A stretch of DNA of 63,995 bases, the filler included, from Malassezia furfur (lineage: Eukaryota): assembly GCA_052055015.1 (NCBI GenBank). It is 15 parts of 15 records of this genome, joined end to end, with 100 filler letters (N's around TTAATTAATTAA, not from the genome) between each part and the next. Parts side by side here need not be neighbours in the genome. Positions count along the whole stretch, not along the records: positions 22,109 to 26,380 come from JBQJIT010000689.1; positions 26,481 to 30,748 come from JBQJIT010000690.1; positions 30,849 to 35,096 come from JBQJIT010000691.1; 12 more parts are not named here. The stretch is one strand, 5' to 3'. How positions within the stretch are numbered: position 1 is the first letter of the stretch; each line of letters opens with the position of its first letter. Under the pieces are notes generated by a model. It did not search any database. It saw nothing but the letters and a program-made list of their open reading frames with translations, and was not told the DNA's origin. The position numbers and the translations under genes were made by a program. Positions 22,109 to 33,326 of this stretch are shown here, piece after piece.

Positions 22109-23118
22109 TGATGGAGGTCGAGACGATGCCCGGTGTGGTGTGCACGCGCTTCCCCCGGCCGATTGAGCGTGTGGGTGTGTATGTACCCGGCGGCAGTGCC
22201 GTGCTGCCGAGCACGGCGCTGATGCTCGGTGTGCCCGCGCAGGTGGCCGGGTGCAAGACCATTGTGCTGGCGACGCCGCCGCGCGCGGACGGCAGCATTG
22301 CGCCCGAGGTGCTGTACGTTGCGGACAAGGTGGGTGTGTCGTGCATCGTGTGTGCCGGCGGCGCCCAGGCGGTGGCTGCAATGGCGTACGGCACCGAGTC
22401 CGTGCCCAAGGTGGACAAGATCGCCGGGCCGGGCAACCAGTACGTGACCGCGGCCAAGATGGTGGTGCAGAACGAGGTGGATGCGCTGGTGTCGATCGAC
22501 ATGCCGGCAGGCCCGTCCGAGGTGCTCGTGGTCGCCGACGAACAGGCGGAGCCCGCGTTTGTGGCCTCGGACCTCTTGTCGCAGGCCGAGCACGGCCCTG
22601 ATTCGCAGGTGGTGCTGGTCGGCATTGCGCTCTCGTCCGAGAAGCTCGCGGCGATCGAGGAGGCGGTCGACACGCAGGCGCGCGCCCTGCCGCGCGTCGA
22701 CGTGGTGCGCCAGGCGATCGACAAGAGCGTCACGGTGCTGGTCGCCAGCCGCGAGGAGGCGATGCAGTGGAGCAACCGGTATGCGCCCGAGCACCTCATC
22801 CTGCACGCCGTCGAGCCCGAGGCGCTTGTGCCGCTCGTCGAGAACGCGGGGAGCGTGTTTGTGGGCGCATGGAGCCCCGAGAGCTGCGGCGACTACGCAT
22901 CTGGCACGAACCATACGCTGCCGACGTACGGGTACGCGCGGCAGTACTCGGGCGTCTCGACGTCCACCTTCCAAAAGCACATCACCGCGCAGATGCTCGA
23001 TGCGCCTGGTCTCCAAAAGCTGGGCCCGCACGTCGTGGCGCTCGCCGAGTGCGAGGGGCTTGAGGCCCACGCGAATGCGGTGCGCGTGCGTCTGCAGCAC
23101 CTCGCAAGCCGCTCATAG
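22109..23118 (+). CDS. HIS4: Histidinol dehydrogenase domain of trifunctional His4, 3' part
   Basis: [48 protein letters not shown]. Confidence 0.95.
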
Positions 23119-23178
23119 ACAGACCCCTGCGGTAGACCCTTGTGGACATCCCCCCACACTTGGCTTGTACCCCCCACC

Positions 23179-23993
23179 ATGTCCGCCTATCCGCCTGTGC
23201 CGCCCGACCGCGCGCCCCACGCCGCGGACGAGTCGCCACTCGAGGCGAGTGCGACACTGTACGCCAACTCGCCGTACGCCGAGGCGGACGCCGCGCGGCG
23301 CAAGCGGCGCGCCGACGCCGACGCCCGGCGCCGGCGGTACGGCGAACGGCACCCGCTCTTCTTCGGCACCGCGCGCAAGATCCGCAACCCCAACGTGCTC
23401 ACGCTGTTTATCGTACTGCTCGGTATTGCATACGTGTTTGTCCCGCTGTCGACGCTCCGGGCCCTCGTCCCCACTAGGTCGCGTGGCCCGCGCGCGGGTG
23501 GGGGTGTCTCTTACCCCTCCATCATGCCCGCGCAAAAGACGTTTACGCTCAACGCACGCACCAAGGGCTGCCATCTCGTGCAGAGCGAGGTCGAGAGCGA
23601 GCTGCGCGACATCCTGCGCCCAGTCAAGGCCGGGATCCTCACGCTGTTCATCCAGCACACGAGCGCGGCGCTCTCGCTCAACGAAAACTTCGACCGCGAC
23701 GTGCGCACTGACATGGACATGGTACGTCGTGCTCGACTCACGCAGGCGCTCGACCACGTCGTCCCCGAGTCGCTCCCGTGGCGCCACACGGACGAGGGCC
23801 CCGATGACTCGGCGTCGCATACCAAAGCGTCGATCATTGGCCCGTCGGTCACCATCCCCATCACCGACGGCCGCCTGAACCTCGGGACGTGGCAGGGCGT
23901 GGTGCGTACCTTGCCTATGGCTGACCACAGTACCTGTGTGAGTTCCGCCGCGCCAAGCACTCGCGCCGCATCGTTGCGACCGTGCTCCCGTAG
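23179..23993 (+). CDS. YjbQ/UPF0047 family protein with an N-terminal extension
   Basis: QHTSAALSLNEN.D.DVR.D, HTDEGPDD..SH.K, LGTWQG. Introns 23722-23745 and 23902-23930; an alternative ATG at 23524 starts the core domain. Confidence 0.88.
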
Positions 23994-24103
23994 AAGGGTG
24001 GCGCACACTCCTCGTGCATCGCGCGACTCCCGCCGCACCGTAGCGCTGGGTGGACAAGTGCCCTGTAGGTCCTGTGTGGCTATGAAATAGGTACCGCGCG
24101 CGC

Positions 24104-26215
24104 CTACAGCTTGGCCTTCTCCGGCTCCTCCGGGCGACCCTGCTCGACGATTGTGCGCAGCTTGCGGAGCGCCTCGACGATCGCCTGCTTGTACATCTCG
24201 ACCGGGTTGCCGTTGCCCTTGGGGTTGTTCCGCTTGGACTCCAGGCCGAACTTGAGCACCTTGCCGCCGGCCAGGTAGTTCACACCGAAGCCGTCGGGGA
24301 AGCCGGAGCCGAAGCCCGTGCCGACGAACCGGTCGCCAGCACTCAGGCCCGAGGTGCTGAGCTTCCAGCCGCTCGACTCCGCAAAGAGCGGGTCGGAGAA
24401 GAGCTTGGGGAACTCGCCGTCGTCCTCGGCGCGGTACACGAGCTGCAGGCCGGCCATGTGGCGGTCAAAGCCCTTGCCGAACGAGTGGTCGCGCGTCTGG
24501 CGCGTGTGGGCGCCGGTCGCGGCGGAGAGCAGCTTGTACAGCTCGTTGGCCGGCTTGTTCGCGCGGATCGCCTTGACGAGCGCGTAAGCCTCGTTCGAGA
24601 AGGAGCGGATGACGTCGGTGCGCCCGTGCTTGAACAGGCGCGTGCTCGCCGTCTCGTACGTGGCCGTCTGGCGGTCGTGCACCGAGGCGTAGGCGATCTG
24701 CAGCGCCATCTGCAGGTACGCATCGGGCGCCTGGCGCGCCACCTTCTTGATCCAGTCCGCACCGTACTCGTTGTACCACAGCACGCCGATGTCGGAGCCG
24801 GCCACGATCTCCTTGGCGTGCTCCTCGGCCTGGACAATCGTCTGCTTCGTCTTGTCGTCCACGACGAACTCGAGCTTCTTCCACTCCACGGGCGCATCAA
24901 TGAGCGACACGCCCTCGAGCTCCTCGGGGTACGGCGTGTCGGGCCGCGGCGCGGGGTGCGCGATGAGGTACTCGCCGATGATCGACGGGATCAGCGCATC
25001 CACGGGCGAGTGCTCGCCCATGAAGCCCGCGCGCCCGTTCGGCTCGATGCTCAGGTTGATCGACTTGTCGAACCAGCGGTTGTGCGCCCAGCGGCCACCG
25101 CCCGACGTGTTGATCGCATGCACGTCCGCCGTCGGCGGCTCGCAGCCGATCTGCGTGCCGCGGTGCTCGGTCGGGGTGCTCAGCACGCTGCTGTCGAGCG
25201 CCAGCACAAACAGACTGCTCTGCACCGAGTCGAGGCTCGCGCGGTTCTTGGGCGAGAGCGTCAGGAGGTGCTCGCGCGCAAGCGCCCACGTGTCGCGCTG
25301 CTCCGAGGTGAGCACGCCAACGGCGGTGCCGCGCTGCTTGGACGCATCGGCGATGATGGCACGCAGCGCCTTCTCGAGCTCGGGCAGGGGCACAATGTCG
25401 TTCTGCTCGTTGAACACGGGCAGCTCGTACAGGTTGTCGTCGACCATGACGGTGACGTGCTTCGCATCCTGCTCACGCGACGCCGTGTTCCAGTCGTGCG
25501 GGCGCGCCGGAATACGCGTCACGTTGAACACGCGCTGGTACTGGTACATGCAAAACGCACCGGCGCGCGACGCGTCGGGCTTGATCGTCTCCTTGTCGAG
25601 CGCCAGCTTGTACAGCGCCATGCGGTACGTGAGCCACGTCGCACGGCGGATGCCCCACTCGGCGTACGTCCAGGGTTGCGCCGTGACCGCGTCGGGCGTA
25701 TAGGCCGGCACATCGCCGAGGTACTCGGCGACGTCCTCGGGCGTGCCGTCGTCCGCGCGGAACATGAGCCACCAGTTCGAGTTGATGAGGAGCGGTGCAC
25801 GCCACTCGTGGTACGCCTTCTGCAGCCAGAAGCGGTCATCGAACCAGTTGTTGTCGGTCGTCTGATCGATGTCGAGCAGGCGCTGGTTGAGCAGGGGCCC
25901 AATTCCGCTCAGGAGCTCATCCGCCCACTTGCGGCGCTGCGCGAGCTCCGACGCGGCCGTTGCGCCAGCCGGAAGCTCTCTAAGGTCCTCCTTCTGCTGC
26001 AGGATTGGCTCGATACTGCGCAGGTAGCGCTCAAGCGACTGCTCAAGCGGGGGAACTGGCAACCGCGGCAGCGTCGCCTGGTTCGCGAGCATGCGCGGCA
26101 TCTCGTTGAGGAGCAGCTTCGAGGAGGACATGGACGCCATCGCGCTTGTGGTCAAAGAACGACGAGGAAGGATCGATGAGCGAGACAGAGTGCGCACGGC
26201 AGCAAACACGGCCAT
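24104..26215 (-). CDS. CAT2: Carnitine O-acetyltransferase (mitochondrial/peroxisomal)
   Basis: LPRLPVPPL, NRWFDK, GEHSPVDA, TYETASTRLFKHGRT, GFDRH, LSTS; C-terminal AKL. Confidence 0.92.
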   Translation of the reverse strand: MAVFAAVRTLSRSSILPRRSLTTSAMASMSSSKLLLNEMPRMLANQATLPRLPVPPLEQSLERYLRSIEPILQQKEDLRELPAGATAASELAQRRKWADELLSGIGPLLNQRLLDIDQTTDNNWFDDRFWLQKAYHEWRAPLLINSNWWLMFRADDGTPEDVAEYLGDVPAYTPDAVTAQPWTYAEWGIRRATWLTYRMALYKLALDKETIKPDASRAGAFCMYQYQRVFNVTRIPARPHDWNTASREQDAKHVTVMVDDNLYELPVFNEQNDIVPLPELEKALRAIIADASKQRGTAVGVLTSEQRDTWALAREHLLTLSPKNRASLDSVQSSLFVLALDSSVLSTPTEHRGTQIGCEPPTADVHAINTSGGGRWAHNRWFDKSINLSIEPNGRAGFMGEHSPVDALIPSIIGEYLIAHPAPRPDTPYPEELEGVSLIDAPVEWKKLEFVVDDKTKQTIVQAEEHAKEIVAGSDIGVLWYNEYGADWIKKVARQAPDAYLQMALQIAYASVHDRQTATYETASTRLFKHGRTDVIRSFSNEAYALVKAIRANKPANELYKLLSAATGAHTRQTRDHSFGKGFDRHMAGLQLVYRAEDDGEFPKLFSDPLFAESSGWKLSTSGLSAGDRFVGTGFGSGFPDGFGVNYLAGGKVLKFGLESKRNNPKGNGNPVEMYKQAIVEALRKLRTIVEQGRPEEPEKAKL

Positions 26216-26480
26216 TACTCGCAAAGCGGTAAACCCCGCACAACCGGTCCGAAGTGTCCCCCACTGCGCACGCGAGACCACGTGGCCAGAGCGACCACGC
26301 GGCAGCATGGAGGATCGTGGGGGGCCGCGGCCGTTGCGCCAGCCGGAAGCTCTCTAAGGTCCTCCTTCTGCTGCAGGATTNNNNNNNNNNNNNNNNNNNN
26401 NNNNNNNNNNNNNNNNNNNNNNNNTTAATTAATTAANNNNNNNNNNNNNNNNNNNNNNNNNNNNNNNNNNNNNNNNNNNN

Positions 26481-26937
26481 CGACCCGCTGGATGCCGCCG
26501 AAGTCGCGCGCTTCCCGCTGCGCACGGGCGAGACGTTTGTGGCGCGCACGCCACCGACGGCCCCGACGAGCCGCGCTACGCTGTTCGGTGCCGACGAGCT
26601 GTTCGCGCGCGCCGAGCCCGTGAGCGACGCCGAGCTCGCCGCGCTCCCGCCCAAGCTGCGCAAGCACCACCGCCAGGCGCGCGACGCCCGCAGCGTGCTT
26701 TCCGCGGAGCAGATCGCCGAGGTGCAGCAGCTGCGTGCGCAGGACCCGTTTGTGAACACGGCGGGCGCGCTCGCCAAGCGCTTCGGGTGCTCGCCGACGT
26801 TCATTAGCATGGTCGCCCCGGCGCCCAAGGAGGTGCGCAGCGCACGCAACGCCGAGACGCAGCTCCGCCGCGCGACGTGGGGAATGAACAAGCGCATTGC
26901 GCAGGAGCAGCGCCGCGAACGCCGCGCACTCTGGTAA
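26481..26937 (+). CDS. Mitochondrial ribosomal protein mL58 (MrpL20)-like, 3' part
   Basis: LSAEQIAEVQQLRAQDP..LAKRFGCS..WG..R..R..RRALW pattern. Confidence 0.7.
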
Positions 26938-27110
26938 TTAGCACCACGTACGCACCGATCTTGACCACATACCACGCCGTCCCTTGCCGGGCCCACCGCG
27001 ACGAACGCAGCGCACGCGCGCGCGAAGAGGCAAGCACTGCGGCCGCGCCGCGCCTTTGGATTCGTGTGTGAGTAAAATACGGCCACTGCTCCTGGCCCAC
27101 CAGGAGCAGC

Positions 27111-27213
27111 GGCCTAATAGTATAGTCGTATTATACTCCCTTCGGGAAAAACGAAACCCTCAGGGGAGCCCTGAGTCTGGGAGAGGTCCCGGGTTCAATT
27201 CCCGGTTGGGCCC
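27111..27213 (+). tRNA. tRNA-Pro(CGG) with a 31-nt intron (27147-27177)
   Basis: Acceptor stem GGCCTAA/TTGGGCC, anticodon stem CTCCC/GGGAG, anticodon CGG at 27143-27145, T-arm CCGGG-TTCAATT-CCCGG. Confidence 0.92.
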
Positions 27214-27215
27214 AA

Positions 27216-27221
27216 TTTTTT
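27216..27221 (+). terminator. RNA polymerase III terminator (T6)
   Basis: TTTTTT two nucleotides after the tRNA discriminator base. Confidence 0.75.
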
Positions 27222-27465
27222 GCATGTGAAAGAACCGATATTGGGGTCGGGGCCTAGCTCGCTTATGCAGCGTGAGTCACAAAAAAAAACAGCGCAGTCC
27301 CAAATTTTTTTAAGCCGCGCACTGCCAAGCCGGACCTAAACGGAGCAAATCGAGAGGGAGAAAATGACACCCAAAAATTGGCGCCCCCACGCCGGGGCCA
27401 GCCGTATGGGAAGAACCGGGTGACGTGAATCTACACAAGAAAAAACAAAGGAAAAGCAAACTACT

Positions 27466-28476
27466 CTATACAGGTCGTGACAGGCTCAGGTACGACGAGG
27501 GCGCCGTAGATGCCGGTGAGCCGCGCGGCATGGACTCAGACGAGATCCAGCGATCGACCGAGGGGATGCCTGAGGGATTCCGTAGCTGAATATCGCACGC
27601 AACGCACGAATTACAGTCACGCATCCGCTCGTTCGGCCGCTCAGCCAGCGCAGCAGTATACGGCCGGCCCTGCGTGTGTTTCAAACACCCCGCACACCGG
27701 CACACCGGACCACATGTGCACGGCGGCACGTATGGGCGGGACATGTCCGCGGCCTGGGCCAGGAGGTTCATGGTGTCCTCGCGCCGGCGCTTGTTGGGAA
27801 CGTAAGCCTCGTCTGCAGCCTCGCGGCGGGCGCAGCAGCTGCCCGACACCGATGCGGTCTGGGGAAACTGCAGCGGCGGCAGTGTCGTGCGTACAGGCGA
27901 CTCGGGCTCCGCCTTGGGTTCCGGCTTGGGTGCAATTGGCGGCAGCGGGAGTTTGCTCGCGTGTGCCTGAACGATCGGTTTTTTGCACTCGGCGCTGGGT
28001 CCGCACGAGTTGCAGGCGGAGCCGCATTCGTCCTTGGAGCACACCGAGTAGAAGGCGTTGGTGTCGCAGCACGTACAGATACCTGTGCGCTTACACCGGC
28101 AGGGGTTGAGCAGGTTGGCGAACGAGAGCGGCGACGATGCGGAGCGTGCGGAGCTGTCCGGGACGTCGGCGGTGGGTGCCTTGGTGGTGGTGGTGGTGGT
28201 GGATGCGTTGGATGCGTTGGTGGTGGCAGTGGCGTTGCTGCGTTGGGAGCGTGGTTTCGCATCGCAGATGCAGCGGGTGTGCCGGCCGGTCTTGAAGCGC
28301 TTTTCGCGGCACGCTTGGCACTGCGACAGGGGCCGACCGCGCCGCTTGACGACGAGCAGGGGTCCCTTGGATCCGTCCTGGTGCTTGCACGTCGACGCGC
28401 GGTGGCCCTGGATGCAGGTGGCGCACGCGAGCTTTACGGGCGGCTCGGTGGGCGGCGGTGGCTCCGGCGTAGGCAT
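27466..28476 (-). CDS. Copper-fist transcription factor (Ace1/Mac1/Cuf1/Haa1 family)
   Basis: KLACATCIQGHRASTCKH..KRRGRPLSQC copper-fist domain; Cys clusters CRCKRTGICTCC and CTCGPVCRCAGC. Confidence 0.88.
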   Translation of the reverse strand: MPTPEPPPPTEPPVKLACATCIQGHRASTCKHQDGSKGPLLVVKRRGRPLSQCQACREKRFKTGRHTRCICDAKPRSQRSNATATTNASNASTTTTTTKAPTADVPDSSARSASSPLSFANLLNPCRCKRTGICTCCDTNAFYSVCSKDECGSACNSCGPSAECKKPIVQAHASKLPLPPIAPKPEPKAEPESPVRTTLPPLQFPQTASVSGSCCARREAADEAYVPNKRRREDTMNLLAQAADMSRPYVPPCTCGPVCRCAGCLKHTQGRPYTAALAERPNERMRDCNSCVACDIQLRNPSGIPSVDRWISSESMPRGSPASTAPSSYLSLSRPV

Positions 28477-28725
28477 GAGGCGAAAGGCAAGGGACGGCGC
28501 CGGCCCTGACTCCACGCCGACCCAAGGGCCAGTGAAGCAGGCTGAAATTGTGCTTGGCTGCTGCAGACCGGCCTGCGTTGTGCCAATCATGCATCGGTGC
28601 CAAGATTTCCGGTGGCTATATCCCCGCGACCGACCGATTGGCGCGCCGCCAGGCCCGATACACGTCACGTGCCCGTCACGCCACCCTGCTGGCCGGCGGC
28701 GGCGCGCGCGGCGAGGCGACGCGCG

Positions 28726-30748
28726 ATGAGCAGCATGGCGGCCGAGGGCCATGCGCCCAAGATCAAGAACCGTGCGCCGGCGCCGGTGCAGATCACGGCG
28801 GAGCAGCTGCTGCGCGAGGCACAGGAGAACCAGGAGAAGCCGAAACTCAAGAGCCAGCGGCACCGCATCGAGGACTTTGAGCAGCTCGAAGAATACCGCG
28901 CACGGAAGCGCACCGAGTTTGAGGATGCCGTGCGCCGGCTACGAGGCAATGTGCGTCGGCGAAACACTCACCACAGATGGTCGCGTGGATCCGGTATGCG
29001 ACGTGGGAGGCGAACCAGGGGCTGATGGACCGCTGCCGCTCGGTGTTTGAGCGCGCGCTGGACGTGAACCCCCACCATGTGCCGCTGTGGCTGCGGTACA
29101 CGGAGCAGGAGCTCAAGATGCGCAACGTCAACCACGCGCGCAACCTGTTCGACCGCGCGGTCGCGATCCTGCCGCGCATCGACCAGCTGTGGTACAAGTA
29201 CGTGCACGTCGAAGAGCTGCTGGGCAACGTTGCCGGCACGCGCGAGATCTTTGAGCGGTGGATGGGCTGGGAGCCGGACGAGCGCGCGTGGAACGCGTAC
29301 ATCGCGTTTGAGGTGCGCTACAAGGAGCTCGACCGCGCGAGCGCCGTGTGGGAGCGCGCCGTGACGTGCCACCCCGAGCCGCGGCAGTGGATCCGCTGGG
29401 CAAAATTCGAGGAGGAGCGCGACCGGCTCGACAAGGCGCGCGACGTCTTCCACATGGCGCTCGACTTCTTCGGCGAGGAGGAGGCGGCGCTCGAGCGCGC
29501 ACAGACCGTCTTCACCGCGTTCGCCAAGATGGAGACGCGCCAGGCCGAGTACGACCGCGCGCGGATGATCTACAAGTATGCGCTCGAGCGGCTGCCGCGC
29601 GCCAAGAGCGAGGGCATCTACGCGAGCTACACGCGCTTCGAGAAGCAGTTTGGCAACATCCAGGGCGTCGAGGATACCGTCACACAAAAGCGGCGCCTGC
29701 AGTACGAAGAGGAGCTCGACGCGGCACGCGAGGCGACGAACTACGACACGTGGTTCGACTACACGCGCCTCGAGGAGGACTCGTACCGCGCGCTCGCCGA
29801 GCAGGGCGCGCCCGCGTCGATGCTCGACGCGGCGCGCGACAAGGTGCGCGAGGTGTACGAGCGTGCGATTGCGCAGGCGCCGCCCGCCAGCGAGAAGCGG
29901 CTGTGGCGCCGCTACATCTACCTCTACCTGCGCTACGCGCTCTTCGAGGAGATCGACACGCGCGACCTCGAGCGCGCCAAGGCCGTGTACGCGTCGGCCG
30001 TCGCCGCGGTGCCGCACCGCGCGTTTACGTTCGCCAAGCTGTGGCTCGCCTACGCCTACTTCGAGATCCGGCGCCGCGACGTGCAGCTCGCGCGCAAGAT
30101 CCTCGGCACGGCGATCGGCCTCGCGCCGAAGCACAAGCTGTTCACGGGGTACATCCAGCTCGAGCTCGAGCTCAAGGAGTTCGACCGCGTGCGCAAGCTG
30201 TACGAAAAGGCGCTCGAGTGGGACGCCAGCAGCGCCGCGACGTGGGTGCAGTTCGCCGAGCTCGAGCAGAACCTGTTCGACCTCGAGCGCGCGCGCGCGA
30301 TCTACGAGCTCGCCATCGAGCAGGCCGAAGCCGAGGCCGGCGGGCTCGACATGCCCGAGGTCGTCTGGAAGGCGTACATCGACCTCGAGTTCGCCGAGCG
30401 CGAATGGGCGCGCGTCGACGCACTGTACGAGCGCCTCCTCGAGAAGACGGCGCACGTCAAGGTGTGGATTAGCTACGCCTTGAGCAAGATCTCGGCGGCC
30501 ATCGCACTCGAGGAGGACGCCGACGCAGACGCCGCCGAGCAGGCCGAGGCACAGGGCGCCACCTACACACCGAGCGCCGACGAGCTCGCCGCGCGGCACC
30601 AGGCGCGCGCCGAGGCCGCCGACGCGTCGCGCGCGCTGTTTGCGCGCGCCTACGACCGCCTGCGCGCCGACCAGCTCAAGGACGAGCGCGTGCTCCTCCT
30701 CGAGGCGTGGAAGGCGTTTGAGACCGAGCACGGCGACGAGGCGCACGT
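28726..30748 (+). CDS. CLF1: Pre-mRNA splicing factor Clf1/crooked neck (HAT repeats), 3'-truncated
   Basis: [41 protein letters not shown]; intron 28951-28976. Confidence 0.96.
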
Positions 30749-30903
30749 NNNNNNNNNNNNNNNNNNNNNNNNNNNNNNNNNNNNNNNNNNNNTTAATTAA
30801 TTAANNNNNNNNNNNNNNNNNNNNNNNNNNNNNNNNNNNNNNNNNNNNGGGCGGGTCGTACTGTACAAGGGGCCGTGCAGGCTACGGAACGAGGCACACA
30901 GAC

Positions 30904-31444
30904 TCATTCTGCCTCGTCGTCCTCGTGCATTGGTATAGGTGAGGTGCGCGGTTCGCATGGCGCGACCTCGAGCTCGTCCAGCGGCTCGTCGACTTCGCGC
31001 ACGGGCACAAACGCGACGCGCCGAGATGTCGTGCTGCTCGCGCCCGTAGCAGGCGCCCCAGCAGCGTTTGCGGGCGGCAGCGGACGGAGCCGTGTGCGCG
31101 CTGCGTCGTCCGACGCGTGCTCGTCGGCATCCTCCGCGTGCTCCTCGAGCACAATGGCGCTGCCAAACAGCTCGTCCCACGTGCCCTTCATGACGGTTCC
31201 ATCGACTTTGAGGAGCGGCGTATCGGTCTCGAGCCCCTGCGGTGAGTGTAGTAGCGCGTACCGTCACGACGACCTCGGTGCCGGGCTGCAGGCTGACGTC
31301 CATTTTGGCCGCCTGCGCAGCATCGGCGACGTCCAGCACGAGCAGCTCGTCTGACTCTTCGACGAGTTCCCACCCCGCACCGTCTGGGGCCTGGAATGTG
31401 TCGACGCGCGCCCACGACGCGTCCAGCGGTGCGCACCCCGCCAT
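30904..31444 (-). CDS. TFIIIC small subunit (TFIIIC_sub6/Sfc7/GTF3C6-like)
   Basis: After intron 31237-31261 the frame reads GLETDTPLLKVDGTVMKGTWDELFGSAIV, typical of the TFIIIC triple-barrel domain. Confidence 0.7.
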
Positions 31445-31617
31445 GTCTGCAGCACGCAGCGATCCGTCGCGGCGCGCGCCTCGGTGCGCACGTGTTGTGT
31501 GCGCACGTGGTGCCCTGTGCGTCGCGCGCGCGGCGCACGGCGCAGGTCGGTGCGAGGCCTTCATAAAGCCGTGCGCCGGGTCTCCCTTCGTTCTTCGCGC
31601 GCGTCGCTCTACCCCAC

Positions 31618-33160
31618 ATGCCCGCGCTCGACGAGCAGGATCTTGCGCTTCTTCCGCAAAAGATCACGCACATTTGCTGCATCGGTGCCGGCTATGTGGG
31701 CGGTCCTACCTGCACGGTGCTGGCGCAGCAGTGCCCCGACATTGTCGTGACGATCGTCGACGTGAACCCTGAGCGGATTGCCGCGTGGAACTCGGAGGAC
31801 CTGACGCAGCTGCCCGTGTTTGAGCCGGGCCTCGCGGCGATTGTGGGCGAGTGCCGTGGGCGCAACCTCTTCTTTACGACGGACATTGACAAGGCCATCG
31901 ACGAGGCGCAGATTGTGTTCGTGAGCGTCAACACGCCGACCAAGACGTCTGGCATCGGCAGCGGCTTCGCGGCGGACTTGCGCTACGTCGAGGCGTCCAC
32001 GCGGCGCATTGCGTCCATCGCGCAGACGCCCAAAATCATTGTGGAGAAGTCGACGGTGCCGTGCCGCACCGCGGCGTCGATGCGCGCGATTCTCGAGGCG
32101 AACAGCAAGCCCGGCACGCCCTTCCAGATCCTGTCGAACCCCGAGTTCCTGTCGGAGGGCACGGCGGTGCAAGACCTGCTCCACCCCGACCGTGTGCTGA
32201 TCGGCAGCCTCGACACCGCACAGGGCCACCGCGCTGCCGAGCTGCTCAGCGAGGTGTACGAGCGGTGGGTGCCCAAGGAGCGTGTGCTGCGCACGGGGCT
32301 GTGGAGCAGCGAGCTGACCAAGCTGGTACGTGCATCGACTGACGGCGCAGGCGGCGAATGCGCTCTTGGCGCAGCGTATTTCCTCGATCAATGCCATCTC
32401 GGCGATCTGCGAGGCGACGGGCGCCAACGTGTACGAGGTGGCCGATGCTTGCGGTGTCGACCGGCGCATTGGGCCGCACTTTTTGCGCGCGAGTGTGGGG
32501 TTCGGTGGGAGCTGCTTCCAAAAAGACATCCTGAACCTCGTGTACCTGAGCGGCTCGCTGGGCCTCCCCGAGGTCGCCGAGTACTGGCGTCAGGTGATTG
32601 TCATGAACGAGTTCTCCAAAGCGCGCTTCGCGAAAAAGGTCGTGCAGACGCTCTTCAACACGGTCACGGCCAAGCGCCTGGCGCTGCTCGGCTTTGCGTT
32701 CAAAAAAGACACGGGCGATACGGTACGTGGTCCTACTAACGCAGCGCGAGTCGCCAGCCATCACGCTGTGCAAGCACTTCCGCCAGGAGGGTGCGCACAT
32801 TGCGATCTACGACCCCAAGGTGAAGCGCGAGCAAATCTTCCTCGACCTCACCGAGCCGGGGGTCACGGACGACCGCAAGGCAGGTACGTACGCGCGCCAT
32901 GCTCACGCGCAGTCGAGGAGGCAGTCACGGTGTGTCCCAGCGTGCTCGACGCGTGCCACGACGCCGAAGCCGTCGTCATCGCGACGGACTGGGACGAATT
33001 CAGCGCCATTGACTGGTACAAGGTGTTCAACATCATGCGCAAGCCTGCGGTCGTCTTCGACGGCCGTCGCGTCGTCGACCCAGCCAAGCTGCGCGAAATC
33101 GGGTTCCGCGTGCACGCCGTGGGCGTCGGCCCCGAGATGCAGGACAACGTGTGGGTGTAA
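31618..33160 (+). CDS. UGD1: UDP-glucose 6-dehydrogenase
   Basis: [51 protein letters not shown]; introns 32326-32350, 32723-32744 and 32884-32912. Confidence 0.97.
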
Positions 33161-33326
33161 CCTTAGGCACATAGGATCACGTGCATGCGCACGGCCGCGA
33201 GGTGTGGGGCAGGCGCCCTCGCCGACTTCTTCGACGCTCGGGGCGCACGACGACGACGGCGACGAAAACGACGCACCGCGCTTCGTCGTTGTACTGACGT
33301 GTCGCACGTCCACCGAGCCTCTCTGT

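Noticed and set aside
18657..23118. HIS6 and HIS4 close together as a possible histidine gene cluster
   Set aside because: They lie on different contigs joined only by size sorting, so there is no evidence of linkage.
26326..26380. 55-bp exact copy of CAT2 internal sequence (25952-26006)
   Set aside because: It sits at the extreme contig end, joined through a GC-rich microhomology; most likely a chimeric-read assembly artefact.
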